Of a stretch of DNA of 64,000 nt, positions 1 to 12,920 are shown piece by piece; positions within the stretch are counted from its first letter, which is position 1, and each line of letters begins with the position of its first letter. The notes below the pieces were generated by a model. That model saw nothing but the letters and a program-made list of their open reading frames with translations, was not told the origin of the DNA and did no database searches. The stretch is from Lama guanicoe (Eukaryota). Location of the stretch: positions 1,429,775-1,493,774 of the forward strand of contig MU053994.1 of the NCBI GenBank assembly GCA_013239625.1, written 5' to 3'. The position numbers were made by a program, and so were the translations under genes.

Positions 1-1874
1 TGAGTCAGCCAGACCAGGGCCCGCCTCCTTGAGGCCCCTGCTGACTCCAGCTTCTGAGTGGATTTATAATGAAATTCAAATGAGATCGAGGTTATCCAGG
101 GTGAATGAGGCTGCTCCTCGTCCCTCCTTTCTCTGGAGGGGGCAGCAGACAGTAGATCTTCACCTTCTTCAAGAATTGTTTTTGAAAGAAGAGTTAGTCA
201 GGATGGAGTAGGTACCGGCCAGGGTAGGAGGGGGAGACACCCTAACGTCCATTCAAGCCCTGTGGTTGCAATTCCTTAGCTAAAAAGAATAGGAACAGGG
301 CGCTTCTGAACCTTATCAGAACACCTGTGTGCCCTTGAGATCTTCAGGAGGCTCTGGAATGAGCTCACCGTTGCTGTGCATACAGACAAAGCCTGAGTGT
401 GAAGCCCAAGCCCCGTCCAGTCATCAGATGGGGAATCGAACTCAGCACAGTGGGAAGGGCACATGCTTCATTGACTCTTCTGGCTGAGACTGCTGTTTTC
501 ATTTTCAGCTGCATGTTTTCTTTGACCACCCGAAGCAGTAGCCCATCTCTGGGTTCTTCCTAAGCAGACAGAATGCAGTCTGATGACCCCAGGAGCATCC
601 ACTCAGAACCACACCGACCAGGACTAAAAGCCACGTGCCTTCTGCCCTGGAATCGGCCACACTTCCTGAATCCCTGGCAGGCCAGGCCAGGCCAGGCTGG
701 GCCAGCCGTGCTGAGGAAGTCTGGCCTCCAGGCTGCGAGATTCCAGCAAGGTACCATTTCCATATTCTCTGGCAATAACTAATTAGCGATTATAAAGCTC
801 TTTGAAATATGAAGTGCTGCATGATAATATCTGTAATGAGCCTGATTCTTTCCCTCTTGCACGCGAGGCGGGAGGAGTAGGTTTTCCACCCATTAAGGGG
901 AGTCGGGCTGCAAGGCAGCTTCCCTTCCCTGCGGAGCATCAGAGTCCTGGTCTGATCAAGTGGTCCTGGGGAGGGAGCAGCCCACTGGCAAAGCAGCACT
1001 TTGATGCCCGCCCTCCTCCAGTCTTCTAACCGCTTACCACCAGCTGCTTACCAGCTTCTGACTTCCCCTCCCCTGGGTGGGAGAAGGAGGGGGGCAGCGA
1101 AGATGATGGATGGAAAGAGGAGAAGAGAAAGGTGGAGTTAGGGTGAGGAGAACGAGTTGGGCTCTTGGTCTCCTTAATGTGATTTAGAATTTCATATTAA
1201 TATATCATCTCAGAAAAAAAACTAATGAGAAACGTGAAGAAAATAGGATAATGAATATGATAATATATGGGGAGTGCTTTGGGCTTCTTGGAACAAAGGT
1301 GCAAGGAATTATTGCTGTGATTTTCTCACGGTGCATATATATTTTTATTAAACTCTTAAAAAAATGCCAGTAGATTCACTTCTTTGCAAGGTATTAACGC
1401 CCCGCAGAGGAGTCGTTCTTCAATTAGTTCCCTGAGTCTCGGCCCACCTATTGGCTGTTCTCTTGTCACTTTTCTGGAGACTTCCAGCTTAGGGGATGCG
1501 GTGCATAGATTAGAACACTCAGTGGCTTTGCCCAGAGTGTCTGACACACACGTGCCCAGACAGATGGCTTCCTGAGCACGTGGGGCTCAGGAGGGCTGGA
1601 GGGTGGGATGGAAGGGAGTTGAATGCAAAGCAGAACTGGAAGTCAAGGTTCTAGATGGATGAAAACTTAGGGGAAGAGCAACTGACTTGTATTTAGTCTT
1701 CTGGCCTCCTCACCCAAGGGTCCACTCAGGCCAGACTTCTTTTTAAGGATTTAAACATAATTAAATATAAGTTCTCAGTTGGAAGGGAACTTTGTGGGGC
1801 TACCTTGCCAGGGGACCACAGAGACTAGAACTAAGATAAGACCATCACAATTTATCTTTCTCACTTCCCTATAT

Positions 1875-2050
1875 CAGTGGTTCTCACAACACGGTCCCCA
1901 GACAGCAGCATCGGCATCACTGAGAACTTGTCAGAAATGCACATCCCCAGGCCCCACCCTAGACTCAGTGAATCAGAAATTCTGGGTGTGAGACCCAGCA
2001 ATCTGTGTTTTAACAAGTCCTTCAACACGCTCAGGTTGGAGAATCCGTAC
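1875..2050 (+). mobile_element. MER5A-like hAT-Charlie MITE
   Basis: Starts CAGTGGTTCTC; internal 'cagcagcatcggcatcactgagaacttgtcagaaatgca...gaatcagaaattctggg...aatctgtgttttaacaag' matches recalled MER5A consensus. Confidence 0.85.
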
Positions 2051-2337
2051 TAGCGAATGAGTCCTCAAGTCTTCATCCCTTTATCCATCCCTCAGTGCAT
2101 CCAGCCAGCCAGCAATCCTTGACACGCAGCCACGCACTTAGTTCTGTTCTAAGTTTAATGGTACATTCAAAACGAATATAACACAGTGTCCCAGACCTCA
2201 GGAATTTTATTATTTTATTATTGTCTAGCTGGAGAATAGTAAGAACCATTTATGTAGCTCTTTTTGGCATCCCAAGCATCCCAATCAATGTTTTTACCAT
2301 TGATTCTTATCATGCTTAGCACAGTCCCTTCACAGAT

Positions 2338-2520
2338 AAGGAGACTGAATTCTGCCAACAACCACGTGAGCTTGGAAGAGGATCCCAAGCCCCAGACACC
2401 TAGACTGCAGCCTGACGAGATTCAGTGGAGGACCGAGCCAAGCTGTGTTCAAGCCCCTGACCCACAGGAATGGTGGAACTGTACTTAACGGCGAGGCACT
2501 AAGTGTGTGGAAAATTCATA
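2338..2520 (+). mobile_element. MaLR MLT1 LTR 3' fragment
   Basis: 'ctgaattctgccaacaaccacgtgagcttggaagaggatc' and 'ctgacccacagga' are typical of MLT1E/F-type 3' halves. Confidence 0.7.
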
Positions 2521-2524
2521 TAAA

Positions 2525-3030
2525 TGGCCAAACAATATATCCCATCCCACACTCTCCCCTACAGCTGTGACCTTGATATTCCTCCCATCAAGAGGCAGAG
2601 TCTAATTCCCATCACCTTGAGTCCGGATGGGCTTGTGACTCTTTGATAGAGGACACTGGATTTTCAAGACTGGGTCATAAAAAGCGATGCAGCTTCCACC
2701 TTGTCACTGGATCACTTGCACTGGAGCCCTGAGCTGCCACGCCAGAAATCTGACTATGCTGAGGCCAGCACGTTGTGAGGCAGCCCAGGCTCTAGGCACA
2801 TGAGAGCACAACACTTCCTGTGAGCCCAGCCTCCGGCCATTGAGTCATTCCCAAGCTCTCTAGTCTTTCCAGCTGAGGTTCTAGGCATCAAGGAGCAGAG
2901 AAAAGCCATCCCCACTGTGCCCTAACCAAATTCCTGACCCACTGAATCCATGAAGGTAATAAAATGGTTGTTGCTTTACATTAGTAACTTTGGGGGCAGT
3001 TTGCTACATGGTAATAGTAATCAGAAATCA
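2525..3030 (+). mobile_element. MaLR MLT1G/H-like solo LTR
   Basis: 'cctcccatcaagaggcagagtcta...gggcttgtgact...ctgggtcataaaaagcgatgcagcttccac...aaattcctgacccactgaatccatg...tttgggggcagtttgctac'. Confidence 0.8.
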
Positions 3031-4559
3031 GGCCAAACCCGAAATCCATGGGGTGGGAAAGTAAACTCCGCCTACTCCAGTGTGAAGTACTGCAAATTCA
3101 CATGGCAAAGGGCATACATGTATAATTTTCAAATTGCAAGGGTCTGAAGGATTGGGAGCAACACCATGATCTATCATACAGCCTTATATCTGGTTATGTT
3201 AAGGATTCAGCTGAGGCCCAGAGAAGGTTCGTGCTTTGTTCATAATCACACAGCATTGGTGTCAGGGCTTCAGAATCAGCCCTGGTGAGCCTCTAGGACT
3301 GTCCATATCTATGTGTTTGCCACACCCCGAGCTGTAACTGGTCGAATAAACTTGACCTGAGAATGACCTTCCCAGTGAAAGAGGAACCCAATGAACGTAG
3401 ACCCTGAATGATTTCCTTAGCTTTTAAAAGCCCCGGGCTGGTACCTGTTGTAAATGGTTGTGCAGTATCGATATTTATTGAATTTTGCACCCTGTGAGTC
3501 TGTTTTGTGGCTGCACATCCATGATGGGTCACCATTTTTTTTAAAGATTATAAATGTAACATGCAAAAATCATATTTGTTACACTTATACATATTTATAT
3601 CATACATTTGCAGTATATAGAGGCACTCAGAGTATATATTATTTATAAGCATTGCTGCGTCTCAGGTTTGTTAGAAAGGCTCAGAGTGAGAGTGTGTTTG
3701 TAAAGTGCTCCAGGGTCCTCTGGGATGAGGGCAGCTATGTAAGTGTAAGTCATTATCATTAAACTAAACTGCCTTCCTCCGATTACTGACAGCACCGAAG
3801 AGGTTCTCCCGCCTCCCCGGCCCCTGCGCACGGTCTGGTAATGCTGGGGTAATATAAAGATAATATTACTGTAATAAGTGCTTTGCAGCATTTACGCCTT
3901 TATTAGCAGCAGCCATATTGTAAGGAGGGGAGAGGCCCCCAGAAGTTCGCCAAAGGGTTGGTGCGGAAGGCAGAACACTTAGAAGGGCAAGGAAAATTCT
4001 GGGTCCAGATTAAGTGCGGGGCAGTGTAGCATGAGGTAAAATTGTCGCCCCTCATCCCCTCCCCCAGAGCCCATTTTTAATTTCACTTGATCCTCAAATA
4101 TGCTATTGAGTCCAGCTGAGTTGGGTATTGGGTAGTAATTGATATGGGGGGGAGCTTCTGGAATTCTAGCCCCTGGGACACCCTATTGCATTTTAAGTAA
4201 CCTCCAAACACAAGGGAGGCCCCAGATTGACAGTAGAAACCCCCACTTTGATTGGAGTGTAATGGAAAGGCCACAAAGCCATGGACTTCCCAGAATGAAG
4301 TTAACCTGCATGGCTGAATGGCTTCACTGGTTGTCCCCACATAACCTATGATAGAGCGTAAGAATCAGAAGGAGCTTCTGAATAGTTCTTATATTTCACA
4401 AAGGGTCCCTTTCCTCTTAGAGTTGCATGTATGTTACACTTGATACAGGTTGCGTAGATCTTCTGGCCATATACTTGGAATGTGGAGACATGTGTTATTT
4501 CTAGATCTTATATCTCAGGGCATTGGGAAATCTAAGAGTTACATCTACCCTCTCATTTG

Positions 4560-4730
4560 ACCCTTCTAACATCTCTGTGAAGCCAGTCTTATCTATCATC
4601 CCCATTTTATAGATATGAAAACTGAGGCCCAGAAGGGTTGAGAAAGTGGACCAAGGTGTCATGTCAGGAAGAGTCAGACCTGGAATTCAGGCCTTTTGAC
4701 CTGAGGTCAGCAGTCCATTCCTTCCAGCTG
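4560..4730 (-). mobile_element. MIR SINE
   Basis: MIR core 'tcatccccattttatagatatgaaaactgaggcccagaa'. Confidence 0.8.
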
Positions 4731-4829
4731 TCCTATCGGGAGGATGTGTACAGCATAAAGGGACCTACCTTCCACAGTTTTACTTTGGAGGTGACAAAAT
4801 CAGAAGGGAGAGGGTCAATGTACTGCTGC

Positions 4830-5315
4830 ATAAAATTGCTGCATAACAAACCACCACAAACTTAATGGGGTAACACAGCAGCAGCCATTTTATCATTACA
4901 TCTCGTGGTTCTGGGGTAACTGGGCTCAGCAAGGCAGTCTCTCAAGCCGCTGCAGTCAAATGGCTGGAGGTGGAGACGTCACACGTCTGGTGCTTGGGAA
5001 GACTCCAACAGCTGGGGGCTGGCACAGCTGGGCTCCTGGGCTCTCCACCTGGTTCCTCCAGCATGGCTACTCTGGGGACACAGGGATTTCTTACATGGCT
5101 GTTCAGGGCTCTTAAGGTGGCTGTTCTGTGAGAGACAGGTGGAAGGTGTATGGCCTTCTACCGTCTAGCCTTGGACATCACACAGCATTACTCTTGGCTA
5201 CTCTTTGTTAGATGTGAGTCCTGAAAGCTAGCCCAGATTCAAGGGGAGGGGGCGAGCTCCACCTTATTATCGGGGGACTGTCAAAGAATTTAGAGGCCTG
5301 TTTTAAAACCACCAT
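4830..5315 (-). mobile_element. MaLR MLT1F/H-like solo LTR
   Basis: 'attgctgcataacaaaccaccacaaactta' at the left and 'cccagattcaaggggaggg...aagaattt...ttttaaaaccacca' at the right, i.e. reverse complement of an MLT1 LTR. Confidence 0.8.
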
Positions 5316-6486
5316 CACTCTGTTCGGACCACTACTCCTTGAGGCTCCTTTCAGGACTTCACGCAGAATGCGGGCAGTGGTTAACCACTCCCTCCCAACC
5401 CTTCCTCCCACCTACCTCCAAAGTGGCCAGACTGCCCTTGGCCCCAGGGTGATCTGGTGAGGTGACCCAGGCACTGTCTGCTCCCGTACTGATGATGCCA
5501 ACAGGCACAGCCAGGCCAGGCTCCCAGGGGTGACCCATGTCGCGGTTAAGGAACCACAGCAACCTATCATCAAAAGCCCAGTAAGAGGGTCTCAGCGGGA
5601 GCTGCTCGCAGATGTGGCAGCCCCAGCGACAGCCCCTGGGCCAGAGCTGCTGAGAAGGTGTGTTTGCCTTTTGGCTGAGATGCTTTAAAACCCTAGTGAC
5701 TTGGTTTCATTTTGAACCTGACAGATAAAAGGCCGACTTTGACTGAGAATATTAACTTTCTGGCTCCCGCCCAAGAAAGCTGAACAGATGAGGAAATAAT
5801 ATAAAATAAAAGGCGTCTGCAAACACTGATTGTCGGCTGCTTTCCATAAAATACGCCCACTGTTATGTGTAACACTCCCCGAGTCTTTCATTTCTTGGTC
5901 CCCTCCCTCTTTTTCGCTCCTGGTACCCAAGGAACTGCCTTCTCTTATTTAGAAAAAAAAAAAAAGACAGACAGAAAGAGGAAAGGGTGTGTGTGCTAAA
6001 AACAGCACCTAGTTCCTCTACTGGAGACGCCAAGCAGGTGCACCCACAGGCTAGAGCTTCTTCTGGCTCCCTGATGAGGATTGTGGGAGGTACCTGGGCC
6101 CGCCCCACATGAACCTGGCTTCAGAGACCCAGGAAGAAGGCTGTTCCTCAGGGCCAGCCCCTCCCTGGTCCCCTGCTTGCAGCTGCCTTCAGAGGAGCAA
6201 CTTCTAGCTGTGGCATCTCCTCTAGGCAGTGCGGAGGGCCTGAAAAGGTCTCCAGCAGCCGCTGGTGGACTGCCCCTGACCAGCCCTTTGAGGCTGTGGG
6301 GAAGAGAGGGGAGGGATGCTGAGAGCAGAGGCTTAGAGAAGTGTTCTGCTTGACACCTCTCCTGTCCCCACTCCATGGCTGCTGCTGCCTCTGTGGCTGC
6401 CCCTTAACTGGAAACATGAGGCCTGGAGTAGGACGGACCACACTTACCGTGCTTTGACCTGCAACTTAAGAAAACAGGATGATGCG

Positions 6487-6882
6487 TGTATTAGTTTGCT
6501 TGGGCTGCTGCAACCAAGTACCCCATACCAGGGGGCTTAAACCACAGAAATGCACGGTCTCACTGTTCCAGAGATGGGAAGTCTGAGATCAAGCTGTTCC
6601 TTCTGAGGGAAGGATCTGTTCCAGGCCTTTCTCCTTGGTTTGGTGATGGTGGTCTTCTCCCTGTGTCCTCATGTGGTCCTCCCTCTGTGTCATCTATGTC
6701 CAAACTTAACTTTTCTTTAAAAAGTCAGTCATATTGGATTAAAGTCCACCCTAATGACCTCATTTTATCTTAATCACCTCTGTAAAGACCCTGTCTCCAA
6801 ATACAGTCACATTCTTATCTCCTGGGGGGTTAGGGCTTTAGCATATGAACTTGGTGGGGGGATGTAATTCAGCCCATAACAA
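6487..6882 (-). mobile_element. MaLR MLT1B-like solo LTR, near full length
   Basis: TG...CA ends ('tgtattagtttgcttgggctgc' ... 'aattcagcccataaca'); internal 'ccaccctaatgacctcattt...taatcacctctgtaaagaccctgtctccaaatacagtcacattct'. Confidence 0.88.
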
Positions 6883-7764
6883 CTCTGTAGCTTAAAAAGA
6901 AAAATCACAGTAGGTGTTGACCCTCAGTGGTGTTTCAGAGCAATAGCCTGGGCCCAGCACACTGTTGATGGACACCTCACACTGTTTGTCACCTCGCTTT
7001 GGCCTGTCATTGTGCCCTGCTGCCTCTGCTGTTGGTTGGACTTCCCTGCCTGGATCAGTGGAGGTCCAGAGCTTGCAGGCAGACAGTCAAGGGGCTACCT
7101 GCAAAACAGAATGCACCACCACCCTGGCCACCACACAGCAGGCCTTGTTCACAAGGGAAGGCCTCTGGGCTGTCTAGAAAGATCAGATCAGTAAGGACAG
7201 CAAGAACTGGAAGGTGGCTCTCAGCTCAGAGCAGCTCCCATGCATGGTGGGAGCAGCTGCCAGAAACTGAAACTCCACCACCAACTCAATCTGGGATACT
7301 GGGCGCATCACCATGGTTCTCCACACCTTATATTTTTTAATGTATAAAGTGAAGAAGAGGAAATCTATCCATTTGTGATTTGCAACCCCATTGAAGGGGT
7401 CCAGCCTACCAAAGTCTGCTGAGCTCATGATGTCCAGCCATCCAGTGGGTCACCTGAGATGGGTGGTTCTTCTTCTGCAGACCTCAGGGGAAAATGTCGG
7501 ACATTCCCACGAAGCCATGACAGTGACCATCTGCTCGCCTCCCCCATTATAGGCACAGACTCCTGAGTTTTGGGCATCCAGGGACTCGAAGCAGTTATGA
7601 GACCTCTGAGTCAACCTTCAAGTGAATAAAATGGAGGGAAAATATAATCGCTCCATGAGCAGTGCTTCTCGAACTTTGGTTTTTTACTGCAACAGTAAGA
7701 AATTCTCCTCACAACCCCTAACACACACACATACACACACTCACACATACTCCACAACCTGTAC

Positions 7765-8130
7765 CTTCAAATTATGTCCAGAACTGACCACTTTTCCTCT
7801 CTCCACTGCTTCCACTTTGGTCCAGGCCACCATGGTCTGTCACCTGGCTTCTCTGAGCAGCCTCCTGCCTGGTCTCCTGGCTTCATCCTTTCCCTCACCT
7901 TCAGTCATTTCTCAACCCGGGAGTGAGAATGAGTCTATTAAAAGGTTAAGTCCGATTATGTCACTTCTTGGCTCAAAACCCTCTCACGGCACACCTCAGA
8001 GGAAAGTCCAAGTCCTTCCAGGGGCCGACCAGGTCCCCTGTGACTTCTGGCCTCACCTGTTCTTCCCCTCGCTCCCCATACTCCAGCCACACTGACCTCC
8101 TCATCCCTCAAACATGCCAGTGCCTTCCTC
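7765..8130 (+). mobile_element. L2 LINE fragment
   Basis: 'tggtccaggccaccatggtctgtcacctgg...agcctcctgcctggtctcctggcttc...gattatgtcacttcttggctcaaaaccct'. Confidence 0.8.
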
Positions 8131-8821
8131 CTGTGTTGGGACACTTTTCATCACTGTGTTGCCTGCTGCTGAAAAGGCTAGGGGCAGTGGGAAGGGTCTA
8201 CAGCTCTCTATCCTGGAGCCAAGGGGAGAGTTAGCATCCCTTCATTGCAGGGCCCCTGTGCCCACCTCTGCCCTGACCACAGAATGCCAGAAAGGGCCAG
8301 TACCCACTCTTTGCAACTTCATTAAAAATCAGTTGACCATGAATTTATTTCTAGATGCTTCATTCTGTTCCACTGATCTCTGTGTTCTATCCCTTTGCCA
8401 GTATCACACGGTCTTGTGCTAGTGCACATTGTAGCTATCAAGTGAGGCTGAAAATTGAGTAGTATGAAATCTTTATTCTTTTTCACATTTGTTTTAGCTC
8501 TTCTACTTCCTTTGTCTTTCTGTACAAGTTTTAGAATCAGCCTGTTTGTATGTATAAAAATCTTGCTGGGGTTTTGATTGGTGTAGCATTAAATCTATAA
8601 ATCATTTCGGTGAGAGTTAGCATATTTATTATGTTGAACTTTAACAATCCATAACCATGGTCTATCTTTCCATTTCTCCAGTTCTTTTATTTGTTTGGAA
8701 TAATTATAAATTCTATTGTTCCTTAAAAATTTAGTTTACAATTTTACATTGCTAGTGCATAGAGTTATAGTTTATTCTTCTATGTTGACCTATATCTGCA
8801 CCCTTGCTAAACTTTTTAGTT

Positions 8822-9040
8822 CTAGGAGGTTTTGTTTTGTTTTGCAGATTCCTTGGGATTTTCTATGTAGGCAATCATGTTACCTGCAACTAGGGACAGT
8901 TTTATTTCTTCCTTTTCAATATATATGCCTTTATTTCTTTTTCTTGCCTTATTGCACTGCTTAATCCACTGGTGTTGAATTGGAGGGATAATTGTGGACA
9001 TCTTTGCCTTGTTCCTGAGCATAGGGAGAAAGCATTTCAT
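8822..9040 (-). pseudogene. L1 ORF2 reverse transcriptase remnant (inactive)
   Basis: 'KGIYIEKEEIKLSLVAGNMIAYIENPKES' corresponds to L1 '[27 protein letters not shown]'; catalytic FADD decayed to VAGN. Confidence 0.9.
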
Positions 9041-10568
9041 TTTTCAACATTAAGTATGATGTTAACTGCAAGGATTTTGTAGCTGCCTCTTTATCAGGTT
9101 GAAGAAGAGCCCTTCTATCTCTTGTTCGCTGAGAGTTTTTTTAAAAATCATGAATAGATATTGAGTTTTATCAAGTACTTTTTTCTACATCAATCAGTAG
9201 GATCTTGTGGTTTTTCTTCTTTAGACCATCAATACTGTGAATTGCATTTATCCATTTTTGAATATTGTGGTTCTGAGCTAAATCCCACTTTCTTGTACTA
9301 TGGTTTTATATATTGATAGATTCAATTTGATAATATTTCATTGAGGATTTTTTGTGTCTATGTTCATGAGAGATATTAGTGTGCAGTTTTCTGTTTTTCT
9401 ATTCTTTGGCTTTAGTATCAGGGTAATGTTGGCCACACAAAATGAGTTGGAAAGTGTTCCATGTTCTGCTGTTCTCTGGAAGATAGTTCATAGAATTGGA
9501 TGTTATTTCTTCTTTAAATGTTTGGTAGAATTTACCATCTGATCCTAGAGATTTCTTTTTTGGAAGGCTTTTAAAGATAACTTTAATTTCTTTAAAATTA
9601 TAGTTATAGTCAATGGACTATTCGGGTTATCTATTTCGTCTTGGGTGAGTTTTGCTAATTTGTGATTCACAAGGAATCGATTGGTCCATTTTATCTAAGT
9701 TATCAAATTGATATGCATAGAGTGGTTCATAGTATTCCCTTATTATCTTTTTTAATGTTTGCAGGGGCTGTAGTGATATTCCCTCTTTCCTCCCTGATAC
9801 TAGAAATTTGTGTTTTCTCTCTCTATTTTTGTCAATTTTGCTAGAGATTTATCAATTGTAATGATCTTTTCAAAGAAATAGTTTGAGGTTTGATTGGATT
9901 TATCTATCGCTTATTTGTTTTCAATTTCATTGACTTCTGCTCTTTATTATTTCCTTCCTTCTGCTTGATCTGGATTTATTTTGTTCTTTTTCTAATTTCT
10001 TAAGATGGAAGCTGTTGGTTATTTGAGAACTTCTCTTTTCTAGTGTAAGCATTTAATACTATAAATTTCCCTCTAAGCACTGCTATAGATACATCACACA
10101 AATTTCAATATGTTGCATTTTTATTTTCATGCAGTTCAAAATACATTTAAATTTCCCGTGATATTTCCTCTTTGATCCAAAGATTATTTAGAAGTATGCT
10201 GTTAACTTTCCCAGTGTTTGGTGCTTTTCCTGTTAGCTTTCTTTGCTGATTTTTAGCTTAATTACATTATGGTCTGAGAGCACACTTTGTATAATTTCAA
10301 TTCTTTTAAATTAGTTAAGATTTATAGTATACTGTCTATCTTGGTGAATGTTTCATGTTCATTTGAAAAAAAACTTTGTATCTTCCTGTGGTTGGATGGA
10401 ATGTTCTATAAATTTTGATTAGATCCATTTGTTTGACCATCATTGCTTAATCTATATACTTGCTGGTTTTCTGCCTACCAGTTCTATCTATTGAGACAAA
10501 TGTTGAAAAGTTTCTAACTATGATTGTAGATTTGTCTATTTCTCTTTTCAGTTTTGTCAGTTTTTGCT

Positions 10569-10760
10569 TCATGTAGTAGAAACTCTTTTGTTAGTTGCAT
10601 GCGCATTCAGTGCTGTTCTGTATTCTTGGTGAATTGATCCTTTTATTGTTATGTAATGATCCTTTTGATCCTTGATAATTTTCTCTACTCTGAAATCTCT
10701 TTTGTCTGTTATTAATAGAGCCACTCCAGCTTTCTTTTGATTAGTATTTGCATGATACAT
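10569..10760 (-). pseudogene. L1 ORF2 APE-like endonuclease remnant (inactive)
   Basis: 'YHANTNQKKAGVALLITDKRDF...DHYITIKGSIHQE' corresponds to L1 'YQANGKQKKAGVAILVSDKTDF...GHYIMVKGSIQQE'. Confidence 0.92.
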
Positions 10761-11032
10761 CTTTTTCCTCCTTTCACTTTTAACCTACCGGTATCATTAT
10801 ATTTGAAATGAGTTTCTTGTAGACATTGTATAATTGGGTCATGTTTTTCTTTTATTAATAAATTCTGACCATCTTTCTTTTAATTGATATTTTTAAACCA
10901 TTTATATTAATGTAATTGTGGATATGTTTTGATGAACTCTATCATTTTATTATTTGGTTCCTATTTGTTCCCTCTGGTTTTTGTTCTTCTGTTTGCCCTT
11001 TCTTGCTTAATTTTGGGTTACTTGAACATTTT

Positions 11033-11303
11033 CTAAGTAAAGCTTTTATTTTAGAGAACTTTTAGATTAACAGAAAATTTGCTGCGATAATATAGAGAGT
11101 TCTTATATATTCCTCACTCAGTTTCCTCTAATGTTAACAGCTTACATTAATATGATATGTTTGTCAAAATCAAGAAACCAAAAATTGGCACATTATTTTC
11201 AATTAAACTCCAGGATTTATTTGGATTTCACCAATTTTTCTAGTCATACCATTTTTCCATTCTGAGATTCATTCCAGAATATCACATTGCATCAAGTTAT
11301 AGT
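11033..11303 (-). mobile_element. 5'-truncated L1MB/MC-type 3' end nested in the older L1
   Basis: 'ttttagattaacagaaaatttgc...cagtttcctctaatgttaaca...ggatttcacca'; 16-bp TSD GTTA(C/T)TTGAACATTTT at 11017-11032 and 11304-11319. Confidence 0.8.
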
Positions 11304-12324
11304 GTTATTTGAACATTTTTTGTATTTAATTTTAATTTATCTATTGTGATTTTGACTTTATCTCATATAGTTATTTTAGTGGTTGCTCTAGATATTATAA
11401 AATATATACTTAACTTTTCAACATCAATTTAGAATCAATATTCTGCCACTTGAGTTGGAATGTACAAAATCTACTACTGTTTAAAGTCTTTTATCTTCCC
11501 TCTGTGTGTTGTATCCATCTTATATATTACATTTATTTATATTAAAGCCCCCAGAAGATAATGTTATCATTTTTACTTTCAATTGTTAAACATATTTTAA
11601 ATATGTCAAAATAGAAGAATAAGCTATTATATTTACTCAGATGTTGACCGTTTCTGTTGCTCTTTCTTTATTTCTGATATTCCAACTTTTTTTCTGTTAT
11701 TATTTCCCTTTTGTTTGAAGAACTTTCTTTAGCAGTTCTTTGAGAGCTCTGCAGGTTACAAATTCTCTTAATTTTCTGTCACCTGAGAATCTTTATTTCA
11801 CCTTCATTTGTTCCTGAAGTGTACTTTTGCTCAATTTAGAATAGTATTGACAGGTTTTTTTTTTTTAGCACTTTTTAAAATATCATGCCACTTCCTTTGG
11901 CCTCCATCATTTCTGCGAGCTCTCTGTAGTCATTTAAATTGTCACCCTATAGGTAATGCCTTGGTTTTTTCAGGTGGCTTTCAAGAGTTTTTCCTCATTT
12001 TTAGTTTTCACCAGTTTATGATGTCTCTAGTCATGCATTTCTCTGGGTTTGTTTTATTTTGGGTTTACTCAGCTTCTTGAATACATAGGTTTATGTCCTT
12101 TGCCAAACTTGGGAAGCTTTCAACCATTATACCTTCAAATATTGTCTCAGTGTTGCACTTTTTCTCCTCTCCTCTGGGTCTCTGATGACATAAATGCTAG
12201 ACCACAGCTTCCTGAGTCTCTATTAATTTTTTCCCAGTATTTTTATGCCTGTTATTCAGATTAGATCGTTTCCATTGATCTAGCTTTACATTCACAGACT
12301 TTTTGCCCAACCTCTACTATATTC

Positions 12325-12920
12325 CGTTCTAAGCACAGCAGCCAGAGTGATCCATTTAAAACCTAAGTTAGAGCAATTCCCTCCTCTGCTTGGAACCCTC
12401 CATCTCACTCAGAGTCAAAACCCTTGCAATGTCCTTACAAACTCCAAGTCTTCCAATGGCCTACAGGAACCTACACAATCTGGCCCTTACTACCTCCCTA
12501 GTTTCGTCTCAGTTCTTGCCCACACCCTGCTCATTTGGTTCTGGCCACATTGGCCTCTTTGCTTTTTTTCTAATACTCCAGCATGCTCCTGCTTCCTAGC
12601 CTTTGCACTAGCTGGTCTTGTTCCCTGGGACTGTCTTTTGGGCTAGTCACAGAGCTAGCTCCCTCACCTCTAAGAGTCTTCGCTCAGCTATCCTCTCTTC
12701 AATGAGATCTTTCATGACCATCTTGTCTAAAATTGCAGCCCCACTTTTGCCATCTTCTGCTTAACTTTTCTCTTACCATATTATCTAACATAACATATAA
12801 TTTATTCATTAATCCTCTAGAATGTGAGCTCCATGGGGGCAGGATTTTTTGTCCTGTTTCCTCCTGTGTCCATGGCCTGACACATGGTAGATACTTGATA
12901 AATATATGTTGAAAGAATAA
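12325..12920 (+). mobile_element. L2a 3' end
   Basis: 'cacagcagccagagtgatc...ctagaatgtgagctccatgggggcagga...acatggtagatacttgataaatatatgttgaa'. Confidence 0.88.

Larger units (their letters stand above)
8310..12310 (-). mobile_element. Old L1 (L1M, probably L1MC/L1MD-like), ~4 kb; ORF1 3' part, spacer and ORF2 EN/RT, many stops and frameshifts
   Basis: Very T-rich plus strand; minus-strand translations give EN (10569-10760) and RT (8822-9040) remnants at about the intact-L1 spacing (~1.9 kb); ORF1 C-terminal remnant ('NEGEIK'-like) near 11770-11850. Confidence 0.93.

Noticed and set aside
2525..5315. Inverted MLT1 pair forming dsRNA
   Set aside because: The copies are too diverged, and there is no evidence of a spanning transcript.
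7622..8095. 157-aa ORF
   Set aside because: Runs through a (CA)n tract and an L2 fragment.
8310..12310. Active or domesticated reverse transcriptase
   Set aside because: Catalytic FADD mutated to VAGN; ORF2 broken into short fragments; both ends missing.
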